The notes beneath the pieces were generated by a model, which searched no databases, was not told where the DNA came from, and saw only the letters and a list, made by a program, of their open reading frames with translations. From the IMG/VR virus record IMGVR_UViG_3300033062_002592, positions 1-64,000 of that record: a DNA stretch of 64,000 bases. One strand, given 5' to 3'. The first letter of the stretch is position 1; each line of letters opens with the position of its first letter. Positions 25,419 through 36,102 of this stretch are shown piece by piece. This DNA is from a virus (taxonomy: Duplodnaviria > Caudoviricetes). The position numbers were made by a program, and so were the translations under genes.

Positions 25419-26291
25419 TTGAATCTGTTGACAATCCAAAAAGTTTATATACTCCTTTGTAGCATATGTATTTGTGAAAAAGTATTGCGCCCATTTCTTT
25501 TAATGGGCTCAGACAAGCTCTGTTATGACCATGCCTTGTCTGTCGCTCAAAAAAATGGTTGGCATTTTATCTCCCTAAATGCTAAAGATTTTGCCGCATA
25601 CGAAAAAGATTTCTATACTTCGTCACTTGATGGTGCAATATGCGTTTTCTATCTCAGCGATGCTCAGTTGCTAACCATACCTGAATCAGAAATTTTTGTC
25701 AAACTTATTGAAGATTCTCCCCATAGGTTTATGCTAGGAGCCTCAGAGCCAGTTAATTGGGTTTTGAAGAAATTTGGCCTTGCCACACCTCTCGGTTCTA
25801 CTGAAAGTGAGTTGACCTCTTCCCTCAAAATTTTGTTAGGTGAACCCGACCGAGATGTGGCAAGGCTTGCTTTGCAGAGTCAGGATCCCAAACATTTATT
25901 CCATATCTTGAAGTTTGGTGCTTGGCAGCATGAACCATCATTGGATGAAATGATTAAAATCAGCCGAAATCTTTATATTTGCCATAGTGATTATATACTA
26001 TCAATGCTTGCGTTTGCTTTAGCTCCCAAAACATTTGCAACATTTCATAAGAAGAAAGAGGAAAACCCTTTGCAGAAATCTATAAAGTTCAAGTTAGAAA
26101 AGTCGTTACCAAACTATAACAAAACAGAAATTGCAGATGTCTATCTGTTGGCTGGTAGCGCAAAATTCATTCCTCCATATCTGGATTTGTCTGACGAAGA
26201 AAAGAAATTCCTAGGAGTTTTAGAGCAACCCGAGCCAAAGCAGCCGCAAGCAGTTTTTCTGAAAAGTGTAAACCTAAGTGACTATCTATGA
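25419..26291 (+). CDS. Degenerate clamp-loader large subunit (RFC-L-like); true start likely about 25485-25503
   Basis: GWHFISLNAKD resembles the RFC ELNASD box; no Walker A; C-terminal PIP-like SVNLSDYL; upstream of rfcS; promoter motif at 25438-25455 lies inside the track ORF start. Confidence 0.55.
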   Translation: MNLLTIQKVYILLCSICICEKVLRPFLLMGSDKLCYDHALSVAQKNGWHFISLNAKDFAAYEKDFYTSSLDGAICVFYLSDAQLLTIPESEIFVKLIEDSPHRFMLGASEPVNWVLKKFGLATPLGSTESELTSSLKILLGEPDRDVARLALQSQDPKHLFHILKFGAWQHEPSLDEMIKISRNLYICHSDYILSMLAFALAPKTFATFHKKKEENPLQKSIKFKLEKSLPNYNKTEIADVYLLAGSAKFIPPYLDLSDEEKKFLGVLEQPEPKQPQAVFLKSVNLSDYL

Positions 26292-26528
26292 GAAATAATC
26301 CAGATGATTTTAGAATTAGAGTAGCTATAACTTGTAAATTAGAAAACATTAGTAATTGGCCAGCTATAGAAACAGTTGATGAATGTGCAACAGGTGTTAC
26401 ATTTACTGGTCTTCTTTTAGCAGATAATTTAGAAGAAATAGAAAAAGATGTTCTTGTTAGGTCAATTGAATCTATTCGCAAGTATTGGGAAAAAAATTGG
26501 TTTAAAAAAATGGGTATAAAAATTAAAG

Positions 26529-27503
26529 ATGATAAAAATGACTGCACTTCTCACCGAAAAGTATAGACCTTCTAAGCGCGAAGAAATAGTCGGCAACAAA
26601 AATGAAATTGACAGACTGTTTACCATGTCGCAGTCTGGCGCATTAACTCATTGCATCCTTGAAGGTCCGCCCGGCACAGGCAAAACAACCTGCGCAATAG
26701 TGCTTGCCAAAAAACTTTTCGGTGAGTTTTTCCGCTCAAACTTTCTAGAGCTTAATGCCTCGGACACAAGAAAAATAGATGATGTTCGGGGTCCCATAAA
26801 AACATTCATCAAGACAGCTCCCTTCAATGCCAACTTCAAAATACTTTTGTTGGATGAAGGCGAAGACATGTCCGATGAAGCTCAGAATGCCTTGCGCCGT
26901 TTAATGGAAAAACATTCAGACATTACATTGATAATCTTCGCGGTAAATACTTCCGAGAAAATCATAGATGCAATCAAATCAAGGTGCGAAATTTTCCATT
27001 TTGCTCCTCTTTCAAACGATGATATTACTGAAAGGCTTATACATGTTTATCTTTCAGAAAAATCTCCTTCATATCCTGGCGGAGAACCTAGAGTTTTAGA
27101 TAAAGCTTTAACGGAACCACTTTATAAAATTGCAGAGTTTGCCCAAGGCGACATGCGCAAGGCTCTCAACCACTTACAGGTGTTATTGGCATCGGGAGAA
27201 CCTCTTACGGCGGGAACGGTTGAAACTATTCGTCCTGTGGACTATGGTAAAATGATTTTTGATTCTTTGCAGAAAGGAAGATTTTTTGAAGCTCGTCAAA
27301 ATCTCTATAAAGCCTGGGAATTAGGCTATGCCCCCCGATATATCTTGACGTTAATCCATAACATTTATATTCAGGAAGACATAGATGTATTACAAAAGAG
27401 AGATGCAATATTTGCTTTGGCTGAATGCGATTATCGGCTCGTGCTTGGCGTTGACAAAATATTGGCATTCGACAAATTATTATTGGAGTTGCTGAAAAAA
27501 TGA
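26529..27503 (+). CDS. rfcS: Replication factor C small subunit (clamp loader)
   Basis: EKYRP, GPPGTGKTT, ELNASD, LLDEGE, AQNALRR, SRC, GDMRKALN. Confidence 0.95.
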   Translation: MIKMTALLTEKYRPSKREEIVGNKNEIDRLFTMSQSGALTHCILEGPPGTGKTTCAIVLAKKLFGEFFRSNFLELNASDTRKIDDVRGPIKTFIKTAPFNANFKILLLDEGEDMSDEAQNALRRLMEKHSDITLIIFAVNTSEKIIDAIKSRCEIFHFAPLSNDDITERLIHVYLSEKSPSYPGGEPRVLDKALTEPLYKIAEFAQGDMRKALNHLQVLLASGEPLTAGTVETIRPVDYGKMIFDSLQKGRFFEARQNLYKAWELGYAPRYILTLIHNIYIQEDIDVLQKRDAIFALAECDYRLVLGVDKILAFDKLLLELLKK

Positions 27504-27899
27504 AGAAACAATGGGTTTGCCCTGTTAAAAACAATCCATGTCCCTATGATTATGATGCATGTTATGATAAAAAAAAGTTTTGTAGAGCTATAGAAGATAC
27601 GCCGGAACATTTTGAAAAAATGTTAAGGATGAAAAAATGAATCAAAGAAATAAAGAACAAATAGGTATTATTTATGATAGATTACTTGAAGCAGCCATTG
27701 AAAATAATCATTCAAACTTTACAGATATGAAGCAAATTATTGTTGGAGTTGTTAAAAAAATGAGTGAAAAGGAAGAATTAAAAAAGTTAAAAACTCAGGT
27801 AGCTGAACTTAAAGAAGAAGTGAAACAACTTAAAAGCGTAGCTCACAGTCGTTCCGAGCGTGAGTTGGAAGAACTTTTTGAATATTCGTGGCCGTGAAA

Positions 27900-28117
27900 A
27901 AATGAGCAAGAAAGAAAAAGAAAAGAAGTTAACCATACCATGTTGCGTGTGCGGCGCAAAAGTATATTTAACTCCTCAAGAGCTAGAGGAAGACAAGGCC
28001 TACGGCCAGTACATTCTTCGCAGTGGTGAAGACAATGCCTTGACAGCCATTCAAGCCGGCACTTTATGTGAATCATGTTTATCAAAACCGTTAGAAAACA
28101 GAGTTGTAAAAAAATGA
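27900..28117 (+). CDS. Small Zn-finger protein
   Basis: CCVC...CESC; likely ATG near 27902. Confidence 0.45.
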
Positions 28118-28405
28118 TACAAGAAAAGAAAATACCAATCTGCCCAAATTGTCAAAGTTCTAATTTTAAAGAAACATGGGTAAAAAAATCCGATGAAACA
28201 AAGACTAAACTTATAACTTTTGAAGAACATTCCAAAGAAAAAATTAAATCCCCCCCTCAAGTATATATAATTATGTCTGGTACTTATGATTCTATATTTT
28301 ACCCAACATATATTCAATATGTTTTAACTTGCGCAGATTGTGGTTATACAGTTATCAGTATGATAACATCAGACAGTAAAAATAAAAAATAAGGAGTGAG
28401 AAAAA

Positions 28406-29554
28406 ATGTCTATAATATCAGAAGAGGAATTCTTCAAGAAACTTTCAGAAAAGACTTCGGAAACTATAGAAGACCTTAAAGCACAATTTGAATTGGTTCT
28501 CAAAGAAGTTAAAGCCGATGAAAAGTTTAAAGGCTTCACAGAGCAACAGTATCGTGACAATGCAAGAAACCGTTTCGGAACCCGAAAGATGCGTGAATCC
28601 GCATCGAATGCCATCTCATGGGAAGGCATAATTCTTGGCTCAGGAGACCTCATAGATACAGTCGCAAAGCAGAAAGCCGCCACGATTGCCGCATTCAAGA
28701 TTGATCCAATGAAGACAGTCAAAGGTTGGAAGCATAATGAAATCTTGGTCAAAGCGACAGCCGATGGTGTTCCAGTTTACCCTGAAACTGATGGTAACAA
28801 GAGATTTGGTAGAGCAAACAAGCCTTTGCCAGAACACAGTTGGCTTAGAACATTGTATTTCTTTGCAAGACCTATTGATCCAAAAACAAAACAGCCGGGT
28901 GAACCAAAGCTTGCCACAATGAGTTTGAACGACAAATTTGCGATAGATGTTTTGAGTTTGCCTTTAATGCAGAAAATCAAATTTAAAGGCATCAACAAAA
29001 CAGGCGATGAAGACCGCAAAGCTGGCGTTTATAGAATAAATCATTCAACCTTCACAAAATTTGAACCCATAGAAATCACAGATATGCCACCCATCGAAAA
29101 GCTTTTGCCAAGTTTGCCACTATACAAACAACTTGTGCAACTCGATGAGTACCACAATGCCAATGCAGAGAACAAAACTCGTTGGACTATTACAGAAGGC
29201 TCTGTCACCACATTGAATCTTGAGCCAAATGCAAAAACAGGCAATAGATACATGATAATCACTGATGAATCATTGATGTTTGGCGGTGGAGACAAAACTG
29301 GTGTCATGTGCTGGATTCCAGGCGACAGAAACATTGTCATTGACTTCGGTCAAGAATCAAGAGTCTTCGTAGTTGGTAAAACAAATAGAGGCAAAGCCAG
29401 AGATCCCGTCACAGGTGACTTCCTAGAAGGCGTACCGGGAGATGTGTCACTAAACGTTTATGGCATCTATGCTCCAGAAATCTTCAAAGTTGCACCATCG
29501 CTTCCAGTAACTGAAAGTTCTGTAACACCAAAACCAGATGAGCAGAAGTGGTAG
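28406..29554 (+). CDS. Putative ssDNA-binding (RPA/OB-fold-like) protein
   Basis: Helical N-terminus, beta-rich OB-like segments (EGSVTT...IITDES...FVVGK), acidic/aromatic tail; lies next to the Sak4-like ATPase. Confidence 0.5.
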   Translation: MSIISEEEFFKKLSEKTSETIEDLKAQFELVLKEVKADEKFKGFTEQQYRDNARNRFGTRKMRESASNAISWEGIILGSGDLIDTVAKQKAATIAAFKIDPMKTVKGWKHNEILVKATADGVPVYPETDGNKRFGRANKPLPEHSWLRTLYFFARPIDPKTKQPGEPKLATMSLNDKFAIDVLSLPLMQKIKFKGINKTGDEDRKAGVYRINHSTFTKFEPIEITDMPPIEKLLPSLPLYKQLVQLDEYHNANAENKTRWTITEGSVTTLNLEPNAKTGNRYMIITDESLMFGGGDKTGVMCWIPGDRNIVIDFGQESRVFVVGKTNRGKARDPVTGDFLEGVPGDVSLNVYGIYAPEIFKVAPSLPVTESSVTPKPDEQKW

Positions 29555-30393
29555 CAATGCCAGAACAACAGCCAGCCTCATCATGGAAAGTTGTGCAGGA
29601 TCAGCAAAAGAAGGCTGCTCCAGCAACAGATGAGGCTACCATAATTTTTCAAAAGCTTTCTGCAGCAGAACCCGTCAGATACTACAAAGTTGCTTTGCAC
29701 GGTCAACAAAAATCAGGAAAAACCCGTGGTTCATTAACATTCCCAGATCCTATCTATGTAATTGCCACAGAACCAGGATTGCGCCCATTGATAAAGCTTT
29801 TTCCAAACAAAGAGATATACTTCGTGGATGTATATGAAGTTGATCCAAATGGCGTCTTTGAAGTGGAACCAACCAAAACTTTAGCTAAAATTGACGCAGC
29901 AGTGAAGCTCGTTCGACAAAAGGCGTGTGAAAACCCAGCCAATGTTGGCACCGTGGTGGTTGATTCGGTCACGGATATATGGAAGTGGGTCCAAGAATGG
30001 ATGAAGATGGATATTCTAAAAATCGACAAAACCGCCCGAGTTCGCCAACAATGGGACTGGGGCTATGCCAACTCAAAATACCAGAATATCATCATGCAAC
30101 TTTTAAGCTTGCCATGTCATCTTGTACTCACAGCACAGGACAAAGAAGAATATGCTGGTCCTGGCGAAGGTTCAGGTGTGTATTCACCGCGTTGGATGGC
30201 TCAAACACCATATTGGGTTGACATCATCATTGGTTTGGTAAAACTTCACGATCCCAAAACTGGTGTCACGCGATACATGGCTAACATCGAAGACTCACGC
30301 CATATGGATGAAGCTTTAAATCCAATCGCAGGAAAAGACTTTGAGAATTTCGATTTCAATAAGCTGAAAGAATTGATTGAAAAGAAGTCGTGA
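29548..30393 (+). CDS. AAA_24/Sak4-like RecA-fold ATPase (recombinase/annealase)
   Basis: GQQKSGKT, IATEPG, VVVDSVTD, DWG, LVLTAQ. Confidence 0.75.
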   Translation: MVAMPEQQPASSWKVVQDQQKKAAPATDEATIIFQKLSAAEPVRYYKVALHGQQKSGKTRGSLTFPDPIYVIATEPGLRPLIKLFPNKEIYFVDVYEVDPNGVFEVEPTKTLAKIDAAVKLVRQKACENPANVGTVVVDSVTDIWKWVQEWMKMDILKIDKTARVRQQWDWGYANSKYQNIIMQLLSLPCHLVLTAQDKEEYAGPGEGSGVYSPRWMAQTPYWVDIIIGLVKLHDPKTGVTRYMANIEDSRHMDEALNPIAGKDFENFDFNKLKELIEKKS

Positions 30394-30524
30394 TACAATG
30401 GATGAAGATGAAGACTGGATCGAACCAGAAGCAGATGAAGATGATGAATGGCTAGATGGAATTGATCCAGATAGTCCCTAATTTTTTTTAAGCCGTATTT
30501 AACAATTATGGAGGTGTATGAAAA

Positions 30525-30827
30525 ATGGTCACTGAAACATTAAGTTTAGCAATCGTAGCTGTCTCTGCAATTTTTGGTGCAATACTTTCAGGCACTCTAG
30601 GTTGGTTTGATTCAGGAGAAGCTTTTTATGGTCGCAAATTTGCCTCAACTATTATCAGAGCTGTCATAGCAGGTATAATTATTGCAGTTGGATTCAATTA
30701 TATACCTGATGCAAACATATTACTTGAAGCTTTCGTAGCATTAATAGCTGGAGCAGGTATTGATGTATTAGGCCACAGAGCTGCAGGCGCAGTTACTCCA
30801 AAGGTTGTAGAAGCAGCACCTGCATAA
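30525..30827 (+). CDS. Small three-helix membrane protein (holin-like)
   Basis: Three hydrophobic helices in 100 aa; strong GGAGGTG SD. Confidence 0.55.
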   Translation: MVTETLSLAIVAVSAIFGAILSGTLGWFDSGEAFYGRKFASTIIRAVIAGIIIAVGFNYIPDANILLEAFVALIAGAGIDVLGHRAAGAVTPKVVEAAPA

Positions 30828-30872
30828 ATCCTAAAGGTTTATTTCATGCAGTAAAAAAATATATTGCAGGGG

Positions 30873-30959
30873 GTGAAGAGCCTGAAGAACTACAAGTACA
30901 TTGCTCTAGGAGTTATTGCGGCTGTTTTGCTCGTGTTCAGTGCTTTTGGAATACATTAA
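30873..30959 (+). CDS. 28-aa single-helix membrane peptide (not in track)
   Basis: GTG start after a G-rich SD-like site; MKSLKNYKYIALGVIAAVLLVFSAFGIH. Confidence 0.4.
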   Translation: MKSLKNYKYIALGVIAAVLLVFSAFGIH

Positions 30960-31137
30960 ATCCATTAGTTTATTTAACAAGTGCATCAATGGTAGATGAA
31001 ATGGTTCTTACAAACTTTAACGACAAAGTTACTGCACATATGTATCAGTTGTGTCACGCTTTCTCCGCTGAACAAGATTCAATGAAATGCAGTAACAAAG
31101 GAACCGCAAATATACAAAAAATTGGAGGTGAAGTGGA

Positions 31138-31371
31138 GTGAGAAAACTATGGGACCTACTTGCCCTATTCGTGTCTTTCATATTCAGCATTATACTGTGG
31201 TTCACATTCTTCAAAGGTACATTTACAATAAGCACAGTGATTGATACATCTATCGTATGGATTCTTGGTGTTGCTATAATCTCGATAGGCGCAAAGTTTA
31301 TTGGCTGGATACTTGGCTTCTTTGACATTGCCTATGTTAAGGCAAAAGCAATGCTAGAAGAGGAAGATTAA
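31138..31371 (+). CDS. Small two-helix membrane protein
   Basis: Two hydrophobic helices; GGAGGTGA SD. Confidence 0.6.
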   Translation: MRKLWDLLALFVSFIFSIILWFTFFKGTFTISTVIDTSIVWILGVAIISIGAKFIGWILGFFDIAYVKAKAMLEEED

Positions 31372-31604
31372 AATCCGGCCTCATAGACATATCACCCATT
31401 TTTGAACTCCGATGACCCGCATTTATGCGCTGAGAGGACCCGTAAAGTCGGGATGCGGGCCAATAAAATGGCCCAAATTAAGTATATATAATATGAAGGT
31501 TTCCCCCATGAATCAAACAGATTTAGAGTTTGAAATTGAACTTTCAGAGTATCTTTGTTGGAAAAATATTTATTTAAAGAAACTCTTAGAATATAAAATC
31601 CAAA

Positions 31605-32111
31605 ATGTTTATAAGTAAAAACTCTCTATATATTAATGTGATTAAAATGTATTTAAACAATTTAAATCTAGTCAACCATCCCGAAACAGAGTTTTCGGGT
31701 TATACCCCAGAACCAACAGATATAAAAAATTTGCATAGGAAAGCAGGAAAAGGATACAACGCACTTAACCTCGATAATGTTGAATATCGTAAAGATAGAG
31801 GCATCGTAGCTTATGTTGATAATTGTAGGATAACAACAAAAGATGATATTTTAGTCAGACTTGAACAAAAAATTTTTACTAATGGAATATATTGGTTACA
31901 CGCAGATGTTATGTCTAATATTAACCAAAAATTATTAACTGGAAAAATTGTACCTCAACATAAGGTTTACGCTTATAATATTTTCTATACCCATAGAGGT
32001 GAATATTGGCACTTCTGGATTTTTGAAGTTATTTCACCTTTAGGTAAAACTGAGTTTGTAAAAGAATTAGATGGAGAGGACACATATCTCAATTTTATTA
32101 AAGGAATGTAA
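31605..32111 (+). CDS. Hypothetical protein
   Basis: 168-aa AT-rich ORF. Confidence 0.55.
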   Translation: MFISKNSLYINVIKMYLNNLNLVNHPETEFSGYTPEPTDIKNLHRKAGKGYNALNLDNVEYRKDRGIVAYVDNCRITTKDDILVRLEQKIFTNGIYWLHADVMSNINQKLLTGKIVPQHKVYAYNIFYTHRGEYWHFWIFEVISPLGKTEFVKELDGEDTYLNFIKGM

Positions 32112-32113
32112 AG

Positions 32114-32410
32114 ATGATAAAAATGTCGAAAAGAATAAATATTAATGAATCTGCAAATGTAGAAATTTTAATTTCTAAAGCTCCAGATGATTCAGAAGAA
32201 CGTAAAAAATGGGCTTATCAATTGATGCGAATACAGGTTGCCATGTGGGTCGATGGTATCAGCAAATGCAACCAATGCGGGCATATTTATACAACTGTTG
32301 ATGATTTTTTAGAGAGGAATCCTAGGAGCGGTGGATTTGATAAAAACGATAAACTAATATTTGTTGATGATAAGTGTTTTGAAGAGTGGAGTAAAAATCA
32401 TGAAGTTTAA
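32114..32410 (+). CDS. Small Zn-binding protein
   Basis: CNQC...D..C. Confidence 0.55.
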   Translation: MIKMSKRININESANVEILISKAPDDSEERKKWAYQLMRIQVAMWVDGISKCNQCGHIYTTVDDFLERNPRSGGFDKNDKLIFVDDKCFEEWSKNHEV

Positions 32411-33221
32411 ATGTAAAATTTCCGACCTTCAAACAATTTGTCAACTCGTGTCACTGAAAGGTAAAAATATTCAAGGCAAAGATTATAGAGCCATTTTAGA
32501 TTGCCTCGCAACTGTTGACCAAGGAAAATTAATAATTCAAGCAATGGATATTCAAGGAACCTTCGCAGTTAAATTAGAGTATCAACTTGATAAACTTTCT
32601 CCAATTGAAGCAGGAACATTGCCAATTGGTGATATCGAACACTTCGAAGAATTTCTAGCAAGATTCGAAACATCTAATGATGTCACGGTTTCAATTGAAG
32701 GCAACAAAATTGTTATTGAAAGAACTTTACCCCATAAAATTGCACGTATTCCCATGGCTGATATATCAACAATTACTTCAAAAGAAACGCCAGCCCTTAC
32801 AAAGCTGCAATTTTCTCAATATGGATTTCCAACAGCCGGAAAAACCTCTTTAAATCTTTCTATAACTATAGATGCTGAATCAATCAAAAACATCTTCGAA
32901 GATGGCAATGTTATCAAACAGAGAATTCTTCCTTGGAAAGTTGATAATAATCAACTGCGAGTTTCTATAGGTTCAGAGCAGTTTGGCGAGTTTGAAACCG
33001 AAGTTGCACTTGAAGACCTTCAAAGCGACCCTGAAAAGCCTGGCTTAAAGCATACTCAAGCAGCTTTCGGCAACGGTTTAGACAACATCTTTGCCAATCT
33101 ATCGGGTAAAGTGAAAATCTTCTTAGCTGATGAAGTTGAAAACGGCATCATGGTTGTGACTCAAGAAACTGATAAGTACAAATTCCTTGCCATGTTGGCA
33201 CCACATGCAACGAAGGAATAA
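32400..33221 (+). CDS. DNA sliding clamp (PCNA-like)
   Basis: About 273 aa, two-fold repeated clamp-like pattern (LIIQAMD, VTVSIEGNKIVI, YKFLAMLAP); RFC and PIP-bearing PolB nearby. Confidence 0.7.
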   Translation: MKFKCKISDLQTICQLVSLKGKNIQGKDYRAILDCLATVDQGKLIIQAMDIQGTFAVKLEYQLDKLSPIEAGTLPIGDIEHFEEFLARFETSNDVTVSIEGNKIVIERTLPHKIARIPMADISTITSKETPALTKLQFSQYGFPTAGKTSLNLSITIDAESIKNIFEDGNVIKQRILPWKVDNNQLRVSIGSEQFGEFETEVALEDLQSDPEKPGLKHTQAAFGNGLDNIFANLSGKVKIFLADEVENGIMVVTQETDKYKFLAMLAPHATKE

Positions 33222-33274
33222 TTGTTGGGAATCTATCATACTGCGCTCGGTTCTAATTTTAGAGGAATATATAA

Positions 33275-34213
33275 ATGGTTCTTAAGTGCATAAGCTGTGG
33301 GCGTGAATTTCCTGAAGTATTTAATTACATCAGTTGCCCTCATTGTAGCACGGATGAAATTCATAATTGGTTGTATTCTACAAGCCTAAAAGTTTTTCCT
33401 TTCAAAGAATCTCCTCTGCAAAAAATAGACAAGACAAATGATTTGGGCAAAGAATTTTGGCTCAAGCGCGAAGATAAAAATCCTTTTGGAACTTTTAAAG
33501 ACCGCAAGTCAAATTACATCAAATGCAAATTCAGATCCATAGAGGCTGGACATGAATATGAGAAAATCCAGAAATTTGCTCTAGCCTCCAGTGGTAATAT
33601 GGCAATTTCTTTTGGTTCTATAAACTCTAGTCATCCTTGTTTTACACGCTTGTTTGTTTCTCCTCATATTAATTTAAAGAAATTACAAGCTTTACAAAAA
33701 TTGAATTACCGAGAAATCAATTTTACAGATAAAATATTGACAACTGATGAACTTACAAATGATGAATCCGATAGGTGGAACATCACGAATGGAATGGATC
33801 CCATAGGCGCTTCAGCCTACTATAGCCTTGGTTTAGAGTTAGAACCATATGATTTTGACAACATCATTGTGCCCTGCGGCTCAGGAGAATTGTATTCGGC
33901 TTTAGCAATTTATTTCCACATTCTACGAGGAAAAGATAGGCCATATATTTATCCTATAACAAGTAATCGCCCAGAAGCCGATGCCATAAGAACAAGTTTT
34001 GTTGCTTCAGAGCCTTTAATTTATAATCTTAATTCGTATGATTGGGGTGACACAAGTATAGATGGAGTGGAATCATATGATGATGCCGAAAGACTTAAAT
34101 ACTTTAGTGACTGCTATAATTGTGAATATTCATCTGCTGTAGTATTTGCAGCATTTGAAAAATTGGAATTGAAAGGCAAAACTTGCCTGATTGTAACAGG
34201 TGCCAAAAAATGA
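33275..34213 (+). CDS. PLP-dependent fold-II enzyme (threonine-synthase-like)
   Basis: N-terminal CxxC/CxxC, LKREDKNPFGTFKDR (PLP Lys), ASSGN, VPCGSGEL, E.SSA, IVTG. Confidence 0.85.
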   Translation: MVLKCISCGREFPEVFNYISCPHCSTDEIHNWLYSTSLKVFPFKESPLQKIDKTNDLGKEFWLKREDKNPFGTFKDRKSNYIKCKFRSIEAGHEYEKIQKFALASSGNMAISFGSINSSHPCFTRLFVSPHINLKKLQALQKLNYREINFTDKILTTDELTNDESDRWNITNGMDPIGASAYYSLGLELEPYDFDNIIVPCGSGELYSALAIYFHILRGKDRPYIYPITSNRPEADAIRTSFVASEPLIYNLNSYDWGDTSIDGVESYDDAERLKYFSDCYNCEYSSAVVFAAFEKLELKGKTCLIVTGAKK

Positions 34214-34533
34214 AAGGCAAAAAACTATTTTCGGGATGGGTTGGCAATATTAAATCGTGGGCAACTTTCAGAGTAAATGAATCGAAACCAGTAATGATTT
34301 TTGTTTATTCAGATAGAATTGAACTTTGGGTTCAAACATTTGACGGAAAAAACCTCAAAACAGAAATGAAAAAATTTGACTACCGAGATTTAATCTTAAT
34401 GAACGATACTTTGAATAAAATTATGAGGCCCATAAATGAAAAAAACCATTAAATGTGATATATGCGGAGAAGAAATCCCCCTTAAAAATTTTGATAAACA
34501 TTATGAACTTTGTAAATGGTGGAGAAGCTCTGA

Positions 34534-35475
34534 TTGAAAGATGATTATAAAACCTCAGTTCCCAAAGCGGAGCTTCAAGACTCTAAAGACACTAGAGAAA
34601 GACTTTTGGCGAAATGGGGTTTCGAACCCCTTAGCATGATGTGGATGAATAAAATCCATGAAAGAACGCTCGATGTTTTAGTCGAAGATACCTTAGCGCA
34701 AGGCAGTTATGAAACACATAATTACAACATCAGAGATGGTGCGCTTGCGCAAACTCCCACTATTTTAGTTGAAAGATTAATTAAATTCTACACAGAACCA
34801 GGCGACACTATTTTAAATCCAATGTGTGAACGGGCTCCGCATTTATTAATTGCCAATTATCTCAAAAGACATGCCATCGGTCAAGACATCTGCGAAAAAT
34901 TTATTCGTCACGATGTTGAAAAGGTTAAGAAAAGAATTTTGGCTGCCCAAAGTTTAAATCCTGATGACAATAAAATCTTGGTAGAAACTGAAAATCTTTT
35001 CATTTCAGCCTACAACGGTTTGCAATTTGCTCTTATAAAAGGTGATAGCCGTCATATAGATTTACCCAATAATTCAATAGACTTCATTATAACTTCGCCG
35101 CCTTATTGGAATCTTGGCATCTACGGAGATGAACCCGAGCAGGCTGGCTCAGGAACTATGGCGGGTAAAGGTGATACTCCAACTTTTGTAGAATTTCTTG
35201 CAGCCATGAAAGATATCTATGCAGAATGTTATAGAGTCTTGAAACCTGGAAAATACATGGCAGTTCAAGTAAATGATTTTCGCAAAGGTGGAAAATTCTA
35301 TAATTACCATTGTGCTACAATTAATACTCTTGAAGATGTTGGCTTCAATCTGCATGATATCATCATATATAACACATCTTTACATCCTTTGGCTGCAATT
35401 TTCACGAGTCAACTCGCGGAACGCCGAATTTTCGCAAAAAATCATGAATACAATATAACAGTAAGGAAAGATTAG
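34534..35475 (+). CDS. DNA amino-methyltransferase (N4/N6)-like protein with atypical SAM motif
   Basis: TSPPY motif IV, RVLKPGKY, HEY, LVERLIKFYTEPGDTIL; motif I reads NPMCERAP instead of DPFxGSGT. Confidence 0.8.
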   Translation: MKDDYKTSVPKAELQDSKDTRERLLAKWGFEPLSMMWMNKIHERTLDVLVEDTLAQGSYETHNYNIRDGALAQTPTILVERLIKFYTEPGDTILNPMCERAPHLLIANYLKRHAIGQDICEKFIRHDVEKVKKRILAAQSLNPDDNKILVETENLFISAYNGLQFALIKGDSRHIDLPNNSIDFIITSPPYWNLGIYGDEPEQAGSGTMAGKGDTPTFVEFLAAMKDIYAECYRVLKPGKYMAVQVNDFRKGGKFYNYHCATINTLEDVGFNLHDIIIYNTSLHPLAAIFTSQLAERRIFAKNHEYNITVRKD

Positions 35476-35478
35476 TAT

Positions 35479-36102
35479 TTGCAATGTTTAGTTTGTGGTA
35501 ATAATTTTATTCCAACAAATCCTAATCATTTTCCTAAACAAATTTATTGTAGTAAAAAATGCCGCGTTAAATTACAGAATAAACGAACCCATAATAAACA
35601 TTTAAAACCAAAAACAACAAAATTTTGTTTGTTTTGTGGTAAAGAATTTATGCCATTATTATTTCATCAAACAGAACAAAAATTTTGTTGTTTAGAATGT
35701 GGTAGAAAGCATTGGAGATTAAATAATAAAGATAAATTTAAAATATACCAAAAACGTTTTAAAGAAAAGCATGGAAAGAGAATAAGAGCGATAAAAAGAA
35801 AAACAACTCTTGGTGCTTCTATAAATGGTAAAGTTGTTTATTATAAAAACGTTATAAAAAGAGATTTTCCTTTAGATAATTTATGTGAACTTTGTCACAC
35901 AAAACCTCCTAAAGGATATCATCATTGGAGAGATTCTGATATAGAAGAATCTCAAAGGGAAAGAAAAATTATAGCAGGATTGTGGCTTTGTAATCGTTGT
36001 CATACATTGGTTGAAGATTTTGAAAATGAATCTGTACAAAAAATTTTATTGATTTACCTTTGTAAAAAAGAATTAATCGATAAAAAATTGGGGTATATTT
36101 GA
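35479..36102 (+). CDS. HNH endonuclease with N-terminal Zn-finger repeats
   Basis: Two CxxCG..F...(Y/F)C..C repeats; CELC...YHHW...LCNRCH; sits between the MTase-like gene and polB. Confidence 0.75.
   Translation: MQCLVCGNNFIPTNPNHFPKQIYCSKKCRVKLQNKRTHNKHLKPKTTKFCLFCGKEFMPLLFHQTEQKFCCLECGRKHWRLNNKDKFKIYQKRFKEKHGKRIRAIKRKTTLGASINGKVVYYKNVIKRDFPLDNLCELCHTKPPKGYHHWRDSDIEESQRERKIIAGLWLCNRCHTLVEDFENESVQKILLIYLCKKELIDKKLGYI

Noticed and set aside
31415-31460. TPP riboswitch or hammerhead ribozyme (GCTGAGAG...ACCCG)
   Set aside because: Lacks the TPP pyrophosphate-binding arm and the hammerhead CUGANGA/GAAA core.
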